Source: Proteromonas lacertae
Taxonomy: Eukaryota
DNA length: 64,000 nt
Reading direction: 5' to 3'
Assembly: GCA_002245135.1 (NCBI GenBank)
Contig: NGBS01000296.1
Location: 124,001 to 188,000 of the forward strand
This document shows, piece after piece, positions 13,901 through 25,301 of the stretch. The notes under the pieces are model-generated. The model was not told the DNA's origin, did not search any database, and saw only the letters and a program-made list of their open reading frames with translations. A program made the translations under genes and the position numbers. The stretch's first letter is position 1. Each line of letters opens with the position of its first letter.

Positions 13901-16900
13901 ACTCCATTACCACCTCAATATGATAGATTACCTTATCAACAACAACAACAACAGGTATATCCATCACCATATACTTCACCTTATTATCCTCCACCACCAC
14001 CACCACCACCATATGGTTATTCACCTTATCCATCATATATACCATCACAATTACCATTACAACAACAAATATATCAACCAACTCAACAACCACAATCTCC
14101 ACCATTATATACTAATGGAATACCATTGAAAGCAGAAGAATCATTCTTACCAACTGCTCCAGTAATTATGTATTCATCACCAACAACGACAACTAATAAT
14201 AATAACAACAATGTAAAGAAAGATTTAGGTATTAGTAGTTATACAGTTACAATAATCAATACATCATCTAAATCATCATCACCATCTTCTACTAAGCATC
14301 AATCATCATTAAAACCACCAGAACCGTCCTCTATTTATTCATCAAGACATTCTTCCAAGACAAATACACCAAAATCACATAAATCATCATCTATGTCATC
14401 ATCAACTTCTATTTCTAAGAATAAAGCTAAATTAACACCTCCAAAGTTGAATAAACAAGCTGAAATATTCTATTCAAAACCTAATCTACCATCTGAAGAG
14501 AATAATGATGTAAAGGAAGGATTGAGTAATGAAATTAAACCAATTGAAACTGTGAATGACCAACCAGAAATAAATAATGATAATGATATAAGTGAAACAT
14601 TTAGTACTTCATCATCTAGTGGATATTCAATACCACAAAATAAGAATAAGAACTCTTTAATTCCATCAAGAAATAATAATAATAATAATGATGATTATAA
14701 CTTTGATATAAATATTACTACCAACAACAATAATAATGAAAAGCCTCAATTCACAGTAATGGATGAAAGTAATAGTGATAGTACAGTAGCAGAGATTGAA
14801 ATATCAGCAAGTGTAGATGTGTCAATAGAAAGATCACCGATAGAAGGTAATAATATGTTTACTATTGAAGATAGTCCAAGTTATCATAATCTTAAAGATG
14901 GTAAATATAATATTGTTGAAGATGTAATAGAAGAAGAGGAAGTTTATAATCAAAAACAAGAAACTAAAGAAGAAGAAAAAGAGAATAGAAATGAAACATT
15001 TAGTATAGAAGAAGAGAAATATGAAAGAAGAGGAAATGAAGAAGAGAAAGAAACAGAAAGAGAAAAGCCACAATATGTAATTGAAGAGTCAAAAAATGAA
15101 GAAGAAAAAGAAGAAGAAGAAGAAGAAAAGCCAAAAGAATTTGAGATTGAATCATCTAAAGAGGAGGAAGAGGATGAAGGAAAACCTCAATTTGAAATAG
15201 AAAGTTCAAGTGAAGAAGAATTACCTGAAAAACCTAAATATAAATCTTTAGAAGAAGCAAAATATGATAGAATAGAAGATGTATTGGATAAAGAAAAGGA
15301 GAAAGAAGAAGAACAACCATCATTTGAAATAGAGAGTTCTAAAGAAGAGGAAGAAAAACAACCTGAGTTTGAGGTTGAAGAATCCATAGAAGAAAAACCA
15401 AAAGTAGATGAAGAGAAAGAAGTAGTGGAAGAATCAAAATTTGAAATAGAATCATCTTCAGAAGAAGTTGAAGAAAAGCCAAAATATAAATCACTTCAAC
15501 AAGCGAAGTATGATAAAATAGAAGATGTTAAAGAAAAAGAGAAAGAAAAGGAAGAAGAAGAGCCGTCATTTGAGATTAAAAGTTCTAAAGAAGAAGAAGA
15601 ATTACAACTTCCACAACAACAGAAACCTGAAAATGAGGAAAAAGAGAATGAACTATCGTTTGAAATAGAAAGTTCTGAAGAGGAAGGAGAAGAGGAAGAA
15701 GTAAAAGAATTACTGAAAACATTGAAAGATGCAAAATATGATGTTATTCAATCAATTGAACAGATTAAGAATAAAAAAGAAGAAGTAGTGGAAGAATCAA
15801 AATTTGAGATTGAATCATCAACAGAAGAAGAAGTTACAGAAAAACCAAAAGAAGAAGAAAAAGATTCAGAATTTGTTATGGAATTATCTTTAGAAGAAGG
15901 AGAAAAAGAAGAAGATAAACTAAAATATAAAACACTCTCTGAAGGTAGATATGATAAAATAGAAGATGTAAAAGAAAAAGTGAAAGAAAAAGAAGAACTA
16001 CCAGAAGAATCTCAATTTGAAATAGAAAGTTCTAAAGAAGAGGGAGAAGGAGAAGCAAAAGAAGTAATACCTCATTATAAGTCTTTAGAAGAAGGTAGAT
16101 ATGATAGAATTGAAGATGTGAAGAAAATAGAGAATAAAAAAGAAACAGAAGTATTAAAAGAAGCTAAACATCATCTATATAAATCTCTAGCACAAGCTAA
16201 ATATGACAATATTGAAAGTATTATCCCAATAAACCTTCGTAAATCAATAATTAATAAAATAGCATCTCCCCAATCATTAGAAGATGATGCAATAAGTGCA
16301 AAAGACTCGATTATATTACAAACATCAACATCATTAGAAGATGGTCAATTTGATTTGATAGAGAATGTTGTTGACAATGATAAGAAAGAAGAAGATGAGA
16401 TAAAATACTCTAAAACATTGGATGAAGCAGAATATAATATAATAGAAGATGTAAGAGAAAAAGATGAAGAACAATCAATAGAAGAAGAAGAGTTAGAATT
16501 AGAAAGTTCAAAAGAAGAAGAAAAAGGAGAAGCAAAACCAAAATATAAATCACTTGAAGAAGCAAAATATGATAGAATTGAAGATATGAAGGAAAAAGAA
16601 GAGGAAAAAGAATTTGAAATAGAAGAATCTAAAGAAGAAGGCAAAGAAGAATCAAAGTTTGAAGTTGAATTATCAACAGAGGAAGAAACAAAAGAAGAAA
16701 AACCGTACTATAAGTCTTTAGAAGAAGGTAAATATGATCTTATCGAAGATGTAGAAGAGAAGGAAAAAGAAGAAGAATCAGAATTTCAAATAGAAGATTC
16801 TATAAAAGAAAAACCAAAAGTTGAAGAAGAAGAAGAAGTGGAAGAATCAAATTTTGATATTGAATCATCCGCTGAAGAAGTAAAGGAAGAAGAAAATATA

Positions 16901-19900
16901 AAATATAAAACATTATTAGAAGGTAAATATGATAGAATAGAAGATGTTATAGAAGAAAAGAAAGAAGAAGAAAAAGAAATTGAAATAGAAAGTTCCAAAG
17001 AAGAATCAAATAAACATGTCAAATCATTAGAAGATGCAAAATACAATATATCCGAAGAAATAATAAAGCCAACTGACAGTATGGTTGAAGTAGATGAAGA
17101 TAAAATAAAATTTACACCAAACCAACTCAAACCTACAAAGTATAATACATTAGAAGATAATAAATATGATGTAATTGTAGAAATATTCCAAATACCAGTA
17201 AAAAGGGAAGTAAAACCACCATCATCATTACAAGAAGGAATGTATGATATAATGGAAGATGTATTGACTCAATTGAAGCAAGGTAAAGAAGAAGAAGAAG
17301 AAAATTCTTTCAATGAAATTGCAGTAAAAGATGACGTTAATGACAGTGAAAAGATAAAGTCTCCAGTTATATACAAGTCATTGACAGATGCTAATTATGA
17401 TATTATTGAAGATGTATCATTATCTCCAATAACCAAACCAAAAGAGAATAATTATGCAGAAGAAGATGAATCTGACTTTTTGATTGAGAATGAGAAGATA
17501 TTACAATCATTGAAAGAAAGACAATATGAAATAATTGAAGAAATAAACACACCTACAGACAATACAGAAGTTGAAGTTGAAGAAAAAGAGGAAGAAAAAC
17601 CAGTTTATAAAACATTATCTGAAGGTAAATATGATAGAATAGAAGATGTTATAGAAGAAAAGAAACAAGAAGAAATACCAGAAGAATCAAACTTTGAAAT
17701 AGAAAGTTCTGAAGAAGAAGAACAAAAAGAAGAAAAACCAGTTTATAAAACATTATCTAAAGCTAAATATGATGTAATAGAAGATATAAAGGAAAAAGAA
17801 AAAGAAAATACAATTAATCCATCAATAAATGAAATTACAGATGATTTTGAAGTAGAAACATCACTAAATAGTGAAAAATATGATAAAATTGAAGAAATAA
17901 TTAAACCAACTAAACATATAAACCTTCCCGATGATGTAGATGATTTATCTGACATGCATATTAATAGAAATGATGAAATAGAAATAGGTAGAAATGAAAT
18001 AAAAGAGGAAAAACCACATTATAAATCATTGAATGAAGGAAAATATGACTTTGTTGAAGATGTAATAATGAATGAAGATAAGAATGAGATAAATGATATT
18101 ATTAAAGACAATGATAAAGACATTGATGATGAATCAGTAGCTGATACAAATGAATTCAGTTGGACAAACAATTTACCTATTAATCCTAAAGAATTATCAA
18201 ATGAAAATAATATAAATAATAACAATATATTAACAGGAAGTGGTAGTATAAGTGGAGATGAATATAGTTGGGGCAATGAACAATCATTACCATCATTACC
18301 TTCAAAACTGAAAGTGATTGAAACAATTCCATCTCCAGTGAAAGAGATGAATGAAACAATGAGTATAAGTCATATCGAAGGCAATGAGATAGACTTTAAT
18401 GAAACACTAGATAAAGAGAAATATGACCTTGTTGAAGATGTAATAATGAATGAAGATAAGAATGAGATAAATGATATTATTAAAGACAATGATAAAGACA
18501 TTGATGATGAATCAGTAGCTGATACAAATGAATTCAGTTGGACAAACAATTTACCTATTAATCCTAAAGAATTATCAAATGAAAATAATATAAATAATAA
18601 CAATATATTAACAGGAAGTGGTAGTATAAGTGGAGATGAATATAGTTGGGGCAATGAACAATCATTACCATCATTACCTTCAAAACTGAAAGTGATTGAA
18701 ACAATTCCATCTCCAGTGAAAGAGATGAATGAAACAATGAGTATAAGTCATATCGAAGGCAATGAGATAGACTTTAATGAAACACTAGATAAAGAGAAAT
18801 ATGACCTTGTTGAGGATATAATAAAACCAACTAAGAAGATATCATTGATGGAGAGTAATGCTGAATATGGAGATGAAAAGGAAGAAGAAGAAAATCCAAA
18901 ATATAAATCATTACTAGAAGCAAAATATGATAAAATAGAGAATGTAGAAGAAAAAAAGATATTAAAAGTAGTAAAAAAGAGAGGATTAATTGATAGTGGT
19001 GATATTGGAGATGAGAAAGTAGAACTAACACTAATTGATGAAGAATATGATAAAATTGAAGATATAATAAAACCAGTCAAACAAATAGTAATCCCACAAA
19101 TTGTGAAAACAGAAGAAAAGAAAAAATTACCAAAATCATTATTAGAAGGTAAATATGATATAATTGATGATATAGTCAAAGCAAAAGAAGATATCTTAAT
19201 ATCATCTGAAGAAAGCAGTATAGAAAAAAGTCTAGAAGAAAAACCCAAAGCAAATAAACGACAAACACTCTTAGATTCACATTACAATAAAATTGAAGAT
19301 GTAATAAAGATTCCACCAATGACAAATGTAAAAGATGAAGATTTAGATTTAGGTGAAATAACATCACATAGAAATATATTTATTGATGAAAATAATGCTA
19401 ATAACAATGATGATAATAATGATGATGATTTATTAGATGATTTATATAATTTTGACGATGTTCCAAAGGTGATTACAGCAAATGAAGTAAAGAAAGAAGA
19501 AGCAAAAACTCCAAGACCAACTGATTCATTTTTAATCCCATTAGAAGATGAGGAAGAAAGAAAATATAATTTAATACAAAAACCATTCATTAAAGAAAGA
19601 AATATAGTGGTAGATTCAGTAAGAAGTGTTTATAATAAATATAATAATGAAATCAATAGTTTTAGTGATTTGAATAAATTTGAAGATGAAATTAAAGATA
19701 ACTGTAATGAGAATTTACCATTTAATCCACGAGTTGACAAGATTATATATAATGATATAATTCATGAAACAATAGAAGACTTATCAAAGAATGACTATGA
19801 TAGTAATATCAACAATAATCAAATTATTGATACATTTACAGTATATATTGTATTTATTTATTTATTTTAATAGAATGAATTAAAGAAGAGAACTGAACCT

Positions 19901-20796
19901 GTGATAATGTCAAATGGAACAATTCCTCCAGAGGTTATAAATGTAGAGAAAGAAATGTTAGATTTAAATGTATATAATATTTATATAATAATTAATAGAA
20001 TTCAACAATCAAAATCATATCTGAAGAAACAGTAAATTACTTAATTACTGATATTGTAGAGGAAATATACAGAATGAATAATCCAAATACATCACCAGAA
20101 TTATTACAGTCATTTGAACAAAAATCTATAAGTACATTCAATTCAAGTTTTGATAGCACATTAACTGATAATAGTATATCTCCACTCTGCTCACCAACAA
20201 GAAGTTCAGATAGAAATTACCTACGAAATGAAGGAGTATATGACGAGGAAGAAGAAGAGATTGGTTATAATGATATATTCAACAAAACAGAGAAAGAATT
20301 AAGAGAAGAATCATTTGAGTATGAAGAACCACCAATTCCTTATGATGAACCTATAGAAATAATGAATATAGTCCAACCACTTATTGCTGATAAAATTAAT
20401 AGTAAAAACTATGATATTAGTGATGATGAATTTAGGATGTTAGAGAGTGATTTAAAAGAAAAGAAAGTCGAACCTTCATTATATAAAGCAATAATTGAAG
20501 AAACAATGAAAGAGGAAGAAAAAGATATGAATGATTATATAAATCAAATAAATCATCCTTATAAATTAAAGGAAAAATCAAATAATGAAATAGTTAAAGA
20601 TGTTATGAATAAAATGGAGAGAATATTAGATCCTTCATTTAGTAGAATAGAAACCTTACAACCACCCTCTGATTCACAGAATATGATTAATTCACAACAG
20701 TTAGTGGAAAATGATAAAATGGTGAGAAATATAGAAAATGTTATTATGAATGAGATAATTGATGATTTTACTAAAGAATTATGTAAAAAGAAGTGA
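10913..20796 (+). CDS. Giant (~3,100 aa) low-complexity protein: basic/His-rich N-terminus, Pro/Tyr segment, Glu-rich repeat region
   Basis: ATG 10913 (MSYKSK|), five 5' introns and two 3' introns join in frame with the 2645-aa ORF and ORF 20074-20796. No signal peptide or TM seen. Confidence 0.75.
14880..19310 (+). repeat. Degenerate coding repeats [Y]K[ST]LxE[AG]KYD[RK]IEDV alternating with FEIESS
   Basis: More than 20 KYDxIEDV-type units and more than 10 FEIESS units in the translation, e.g. KYKSLEEAKYDRIEDV and YKTLSEGKYDRIEDV. Confidence 0.9.
18051..18806 (+). repeat. Apparently perfect 378-bp (126-aa) in-frame tandem duplication
   Basis: aaatatgac.ttgttga recurs at 18041, 18419 and 18797 (period 378). 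The two peptide copies (VEDVIMNEDK...ETLDKEKYDL) are identical. Confidence 0.95.
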
Positions 20797-21200
20797 AATA
20801 AAAAAATTGATTATAAATAATTACTTAAGTCATTTATATGTAAATATTTATTATATTGTTCTGTTAAGAAGAGTATTTACCAATTTTTTCTAATAGAGAT
20901 ATTTTCTTTAATTATTTTTTCAAAATTTGATTCTAATTTACCATCTTTAAAATATATACTATTTATCAATCTCTATTCCGAAAGTAAAAATAAATGTAGC
21001 TGATTCTCTTTTCTGCCCCATATTTTTAAGATCTTCAAGTTGAATATGTTAGTTTAAATAGAAATAGACTTTACATAAATATTCTTTGGAAATGTAAGAA
21101 ATGAAATTATAATGATTAAATGCAACGATTTAAAGGTATGTTCATCGAATGAAAAGCCAAAAAGATGGATAATTATTAATTTCTATATAAACAATATTAA

Positions 21201-22691
21201 TTATTTAGTTATTGAGTTTTCTATATTCCAAAATGTAGGTAGAAACTGAGGATTCATACTCTATCAATATATAATAAAATTACTAATAAAAAATACATTT
21301 ATAAACAATTTCCTCCATGCTTTAACGAATTCTGTTATTCCATTCTCTTCCCCTTCATCTTTACAAATAGTTTCTATTATACTCTCTTGAGAACTTTTAA
21401 AATCACTATCAACTATTCTTTTATTCAATTTACAGACTATATCAAGAAATAATAAATTCATTAATACATACTCTCTTGAAAATCAGATTCATTAATATCA
21501 TCTTTCTTTAAATATTCTTTCACCACTTTTTGAAGTTCTTTTATTCTTTCTTCATTCAAATCATTCTTATTCAATAAGGCATTGGCTGCTTTCATTGCTG
21601 CTGATATTTCCACATCTATTCTCACTTTAGGAACATTGGGTTTAATATTATATTTTTCATGAATTTCTAATGAATACCTACTTTCATATTGTGTTAATTT
21701 GACATGACATTCATCACATAATATTACTATATCTTGTTGAGATGGATTTTTGTATTTTTCAGGAAAATATTGTCTATATGAATGAGGAATCTATATTTAT
21801 ATTATTATAATTATAACTCTATCATACTATGTGATGACTAATATAATGATTTTTACTTCCACATACAAAACATCTTACTTCATTTTGATTCAATTTATTC
21901 TTTACTCTTTCACTTTTGCTTTCTTCTGGATAAATAAGAGTAATATCACCACTATCATCATCTTTTAACTTCGCATAGTGTTTTTCTAGAAACCAATCTC
22001 TTTTGCGTCTTTTGCATAAGAATAAGAACGAACCATCTGGATGATTTACAAATACAAATTAAATAAAACTTAAGAAAATGTGAAAAAAAGAAAGATATAT
22101 GCTTTAAATTGTTCAGTTGTTGGAACTGGAGATATACTTGGTTGTTTTGATTTATTATTATTCTCATTTTTTTCTTTACTATCCGATTTACTTTCTTTAT
22201 CTTGTGAAAAAATAGATTTTCTATTTCTTTTAGACATTGGAGATTGAGTAATCTTCCTTGACCTTATTGGAAATGTTGAAATCCAATTCATTATTGAATT
22301 ATAATTCATTACCACATTATTATGTCTTTTAAGAATAAATAAATAAATAAATATACAATGAATAAAAATAAACAAATAATTCTCTGGAAGCCCATGCATC
22401 TCCACAACCATACCTATTTATTATAAACAAATAAATAATTAAATGAATAAAAAAATACAAAATCTGTTTTGATGTTAAATAATGTTCTCCCCATAATGAA
22501 TGATCAATTTTTAATTTGAAATTTTCTATATTTAAATAACTTTCAACTAAATTATCCAAACCACGGAAATGCTTTTCATTCTTTGTATCACTAATAGTGT
22601 TTAATTCAAACACTCCATTTATTTCTATTTCATATTTACATTCTAATAGTTTCTGATCATTGTTAATACCTACTCCACTTTTTAATATTCT

Positions 22692-22731
<40 letters not shown>

Positions 22732-23034
22732 GTACTGTCTGTTATGTAACGCTGTTATTAAATCATCAGGAAGTTTTGATAGGTAATAAGTCTGAAATAA
22801 AAAAATGTATTTTGAAGAACAAATCTGTATTAATGATATATCGGGATTTCCCTATATTATATATAAATAAAATATTCTATACAGTACATGGCCATTCAGT
22901 ATCTAACCCTAATAAACACTCAAACCTTAAACTCTCTAACTCTTCTCTATGCCTTGATAAAGTATGGTCATTAATAATGATGATCTATAAAATGAGTATT
23001 GCTATTTAATATACTGGATAACCTTTGTAATCAT
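21201..23034 (-). CDS. EXD2: EXD2-type 3'-5' exonuclease (DEDDy domain plus C-terminal HNH-like zinc domain)
   Basis: ExoI LGLDTEW, ExoII GVGINND, ExoIII YGCGDAW. C-terminal HPDGSFLFLCKRRKRDWFL, CFVCG..IPHSYRQYFP..DIVILCDECH and WRKLF..MNPQFLPTFW match the EXD2 layout. ATG 23034, TAA 21201-21203. Confidence 0.88.
22058..22098 (-). other. Putative U12-type (minor) intron with AT...AT termini in EXD2
   Basis: 5' ATATCTTT, branch-like TTTTCTTAAG, 3' TTTAAT, 41 nt. Excision restores the frame (QFKAF|VFVNHPDG). I found no GT-AG solution of normal size. Confidence 0.65.
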
Positions 23035-23224
23035 GTGGTCTATTTCTATATTTGAAAAATATGTATAATTTTTGGAAGAAAAATATAACCGGGAAAAAAT
23101 AAGAGTAGATTTTTAGTTTGATTTTGTCAAAAACAAAGCAAAGACAAGAAAACAGCATTTTGAATTTGAATGAAACGACTATATTTGTTTTTCATTTGAA
23201 ACAAACAAGCAAAAACATATTAAA

Positions 23225-24226
23225 TTACATTATTATACACCCTTGCATAGCTGGTATACCTGCAGGAAATGCACCAGCTGTTTGTTGAGTTGCACCAAGA
23301 TTTGGGAATTTAGGCAAGCCGTCCTCAGAAAATTCCAATTCTGGTGCTAATTTCTTTATTATATCTGCTGGTGGTTGTCCACAATCCTGCATATCTTCAA
23401 ACAATTCAGTTAATCTTTGAAAATTGCCTGGTTCACTTTCATAAACATATACTATCTGTTGATAATATTGATACATTCTTCCATATCTTTCATAAGTCTC
23501 AGTATCCATCTTAGTTTGATTTATGGCAAGCCAAGTAGGAAATTCGTCACAAATCAATTTCATTGGTTCATACATTACTTCTTTAGATAGCAGTTGGTTC
23601 ATCTATGAGAAAGTAATAGAATATGAATATATATACCATTCCGTCCATTACTTTATTGAAATCATTTGATTCACCTATCTTTTCAAACTGTTTCATCATT
23701 TGTTTCATCATATCTTCTCCCATTGACTCAACTTGAGATGGATCTAAACCTTCCATTTTCTTTGCTGATTCATTTAATCCCTAATAAATATTATTATTTT
23801 ATTATATACAATTAATGTTTGTGCAATTTGCGTATCTATTATTTGTCCTTCTTTTGAAACTTCTTTCTTACCTAAATTTATTGGATTTTCAGTTGGATCT
23901 TGGTCTTTATTCTTTAATCTATCTAAAGTTACATTCAATGCTTCAGCATATTCTGGATTTTTTACTGTTTCAATAACAGATGTCATATTCTAACGAGAGA
24001 AGAATAATAGAAATAAATACTCTAACAACATCATCTACCAATGGATCAGTAGATTCTTTTAGTTCTATTTTACATAAAATTTAATTTTAGAAATACTTTC
24101 TTCTTCAATAATACTTACTCTTTCTCTTTTATTCTCCATTACTTCTATATTTATACATCATCTTGTTGTTATACCATTTAAAACTTCATCTACATCCTCT
24201 TGTTTAATCTCTGGCTCTTCACTCAT
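23225..24226 (-). CDS. PEX19: Peroxin 19 (farnesylated peroxisomal membrane-protein chaperone)
   Basis: DGMMNQLLSKEVMYEPMKLICDEFPTWL..YERY..LFEDMQDCGQPPADI and the C-terminal CaaX box CIIM are diagnostic. ATG 24226, five short introns. Confidence 0.93.
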
Positions 24227-24316
24227 TCAAAATTCAAATTTTAAAAATAAAACGAGGCTTGATTAAGTTTGGTTTGATTAAACAAATATTTATCATAAAA
24301 ATCATTTTCACTTTTC

Positions 24317-25253
24317 ATGAGAGCTAAGCTATCTTTGAACGACGAAAATATCATTATCTCAATTAATTGGAGTGATTTTGTATATATACTATTCTTTAAC
24401 TATTTTAAATTCACTTTTCTTACTCTTTTTATAGAGTCCTCCAACTGTGGAAATGCTGATAGAAGATTTTGTAAAACAGTATAATCTATAATAATTATTG
24501 CACTATAGGTATAACTTATACACTGGATTGGATTTGTCACTTACTTCTCCAAAATTGTATTTAAATAATGAGATAGAAGTGATTGACATTGACTCTTTGC
24601 ATAAGCTAAATACTGGTGAAGTTCGTTTGTATGTAAAAACAGGTACTTTTTCACCGTTTATACAGCCACCCATCAATCATTCTATTTCAACTACTCCGCT
24701 CTCTGCTCCATCATTATTATCGTCACCTTATCCAGTGTCATTGACTCCAACTCCAAATACACCAAATCAACCAAATTCATCATCACTGATGTTTTATAAT
24801 AATATACCAACATATGAATTGTGGAAAATATCACCTGATGAATATGAATATAAGAAACCAAATATCAATGTGTTTGATAAAACATTAATCACATCAATCG
24901 AAGAGTTACAAGCCTTACAAGCATCAACGATGTTACTATCAGAAGCAAACAGCAATGGACTGTCTGATCAATATTATTATCAAGGAAATTTACCTACATT
25001 ATCAACATCATCTTCTACATCTCAACAACCTCTGACAAACGTTGAAGGTATTACTCCAAATACTATGCTCGATGGATATTATTATGATGGTGTTAATAAC
25101 ACTCCAAATCTTATTGATTCTAGTAATATTCCTGTCGCAGATACTGAACCAATATCTTATTCTAATAATTATATATTATTTCCTACAGAGCCAATACAGC
25201 AGCCATCCCAGTCACAACCATCCCAAGACACAATAATACCAACTGTAAATAAC

Positions 25254-25301
<48 letters not shown>

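Noticed and set aside
12916..19590. Many Ser/Phe-rich minus-strand ORFs
   Set aside because: Antisense shadows of the GAA-rich giant ORF, with no independent coding signal.
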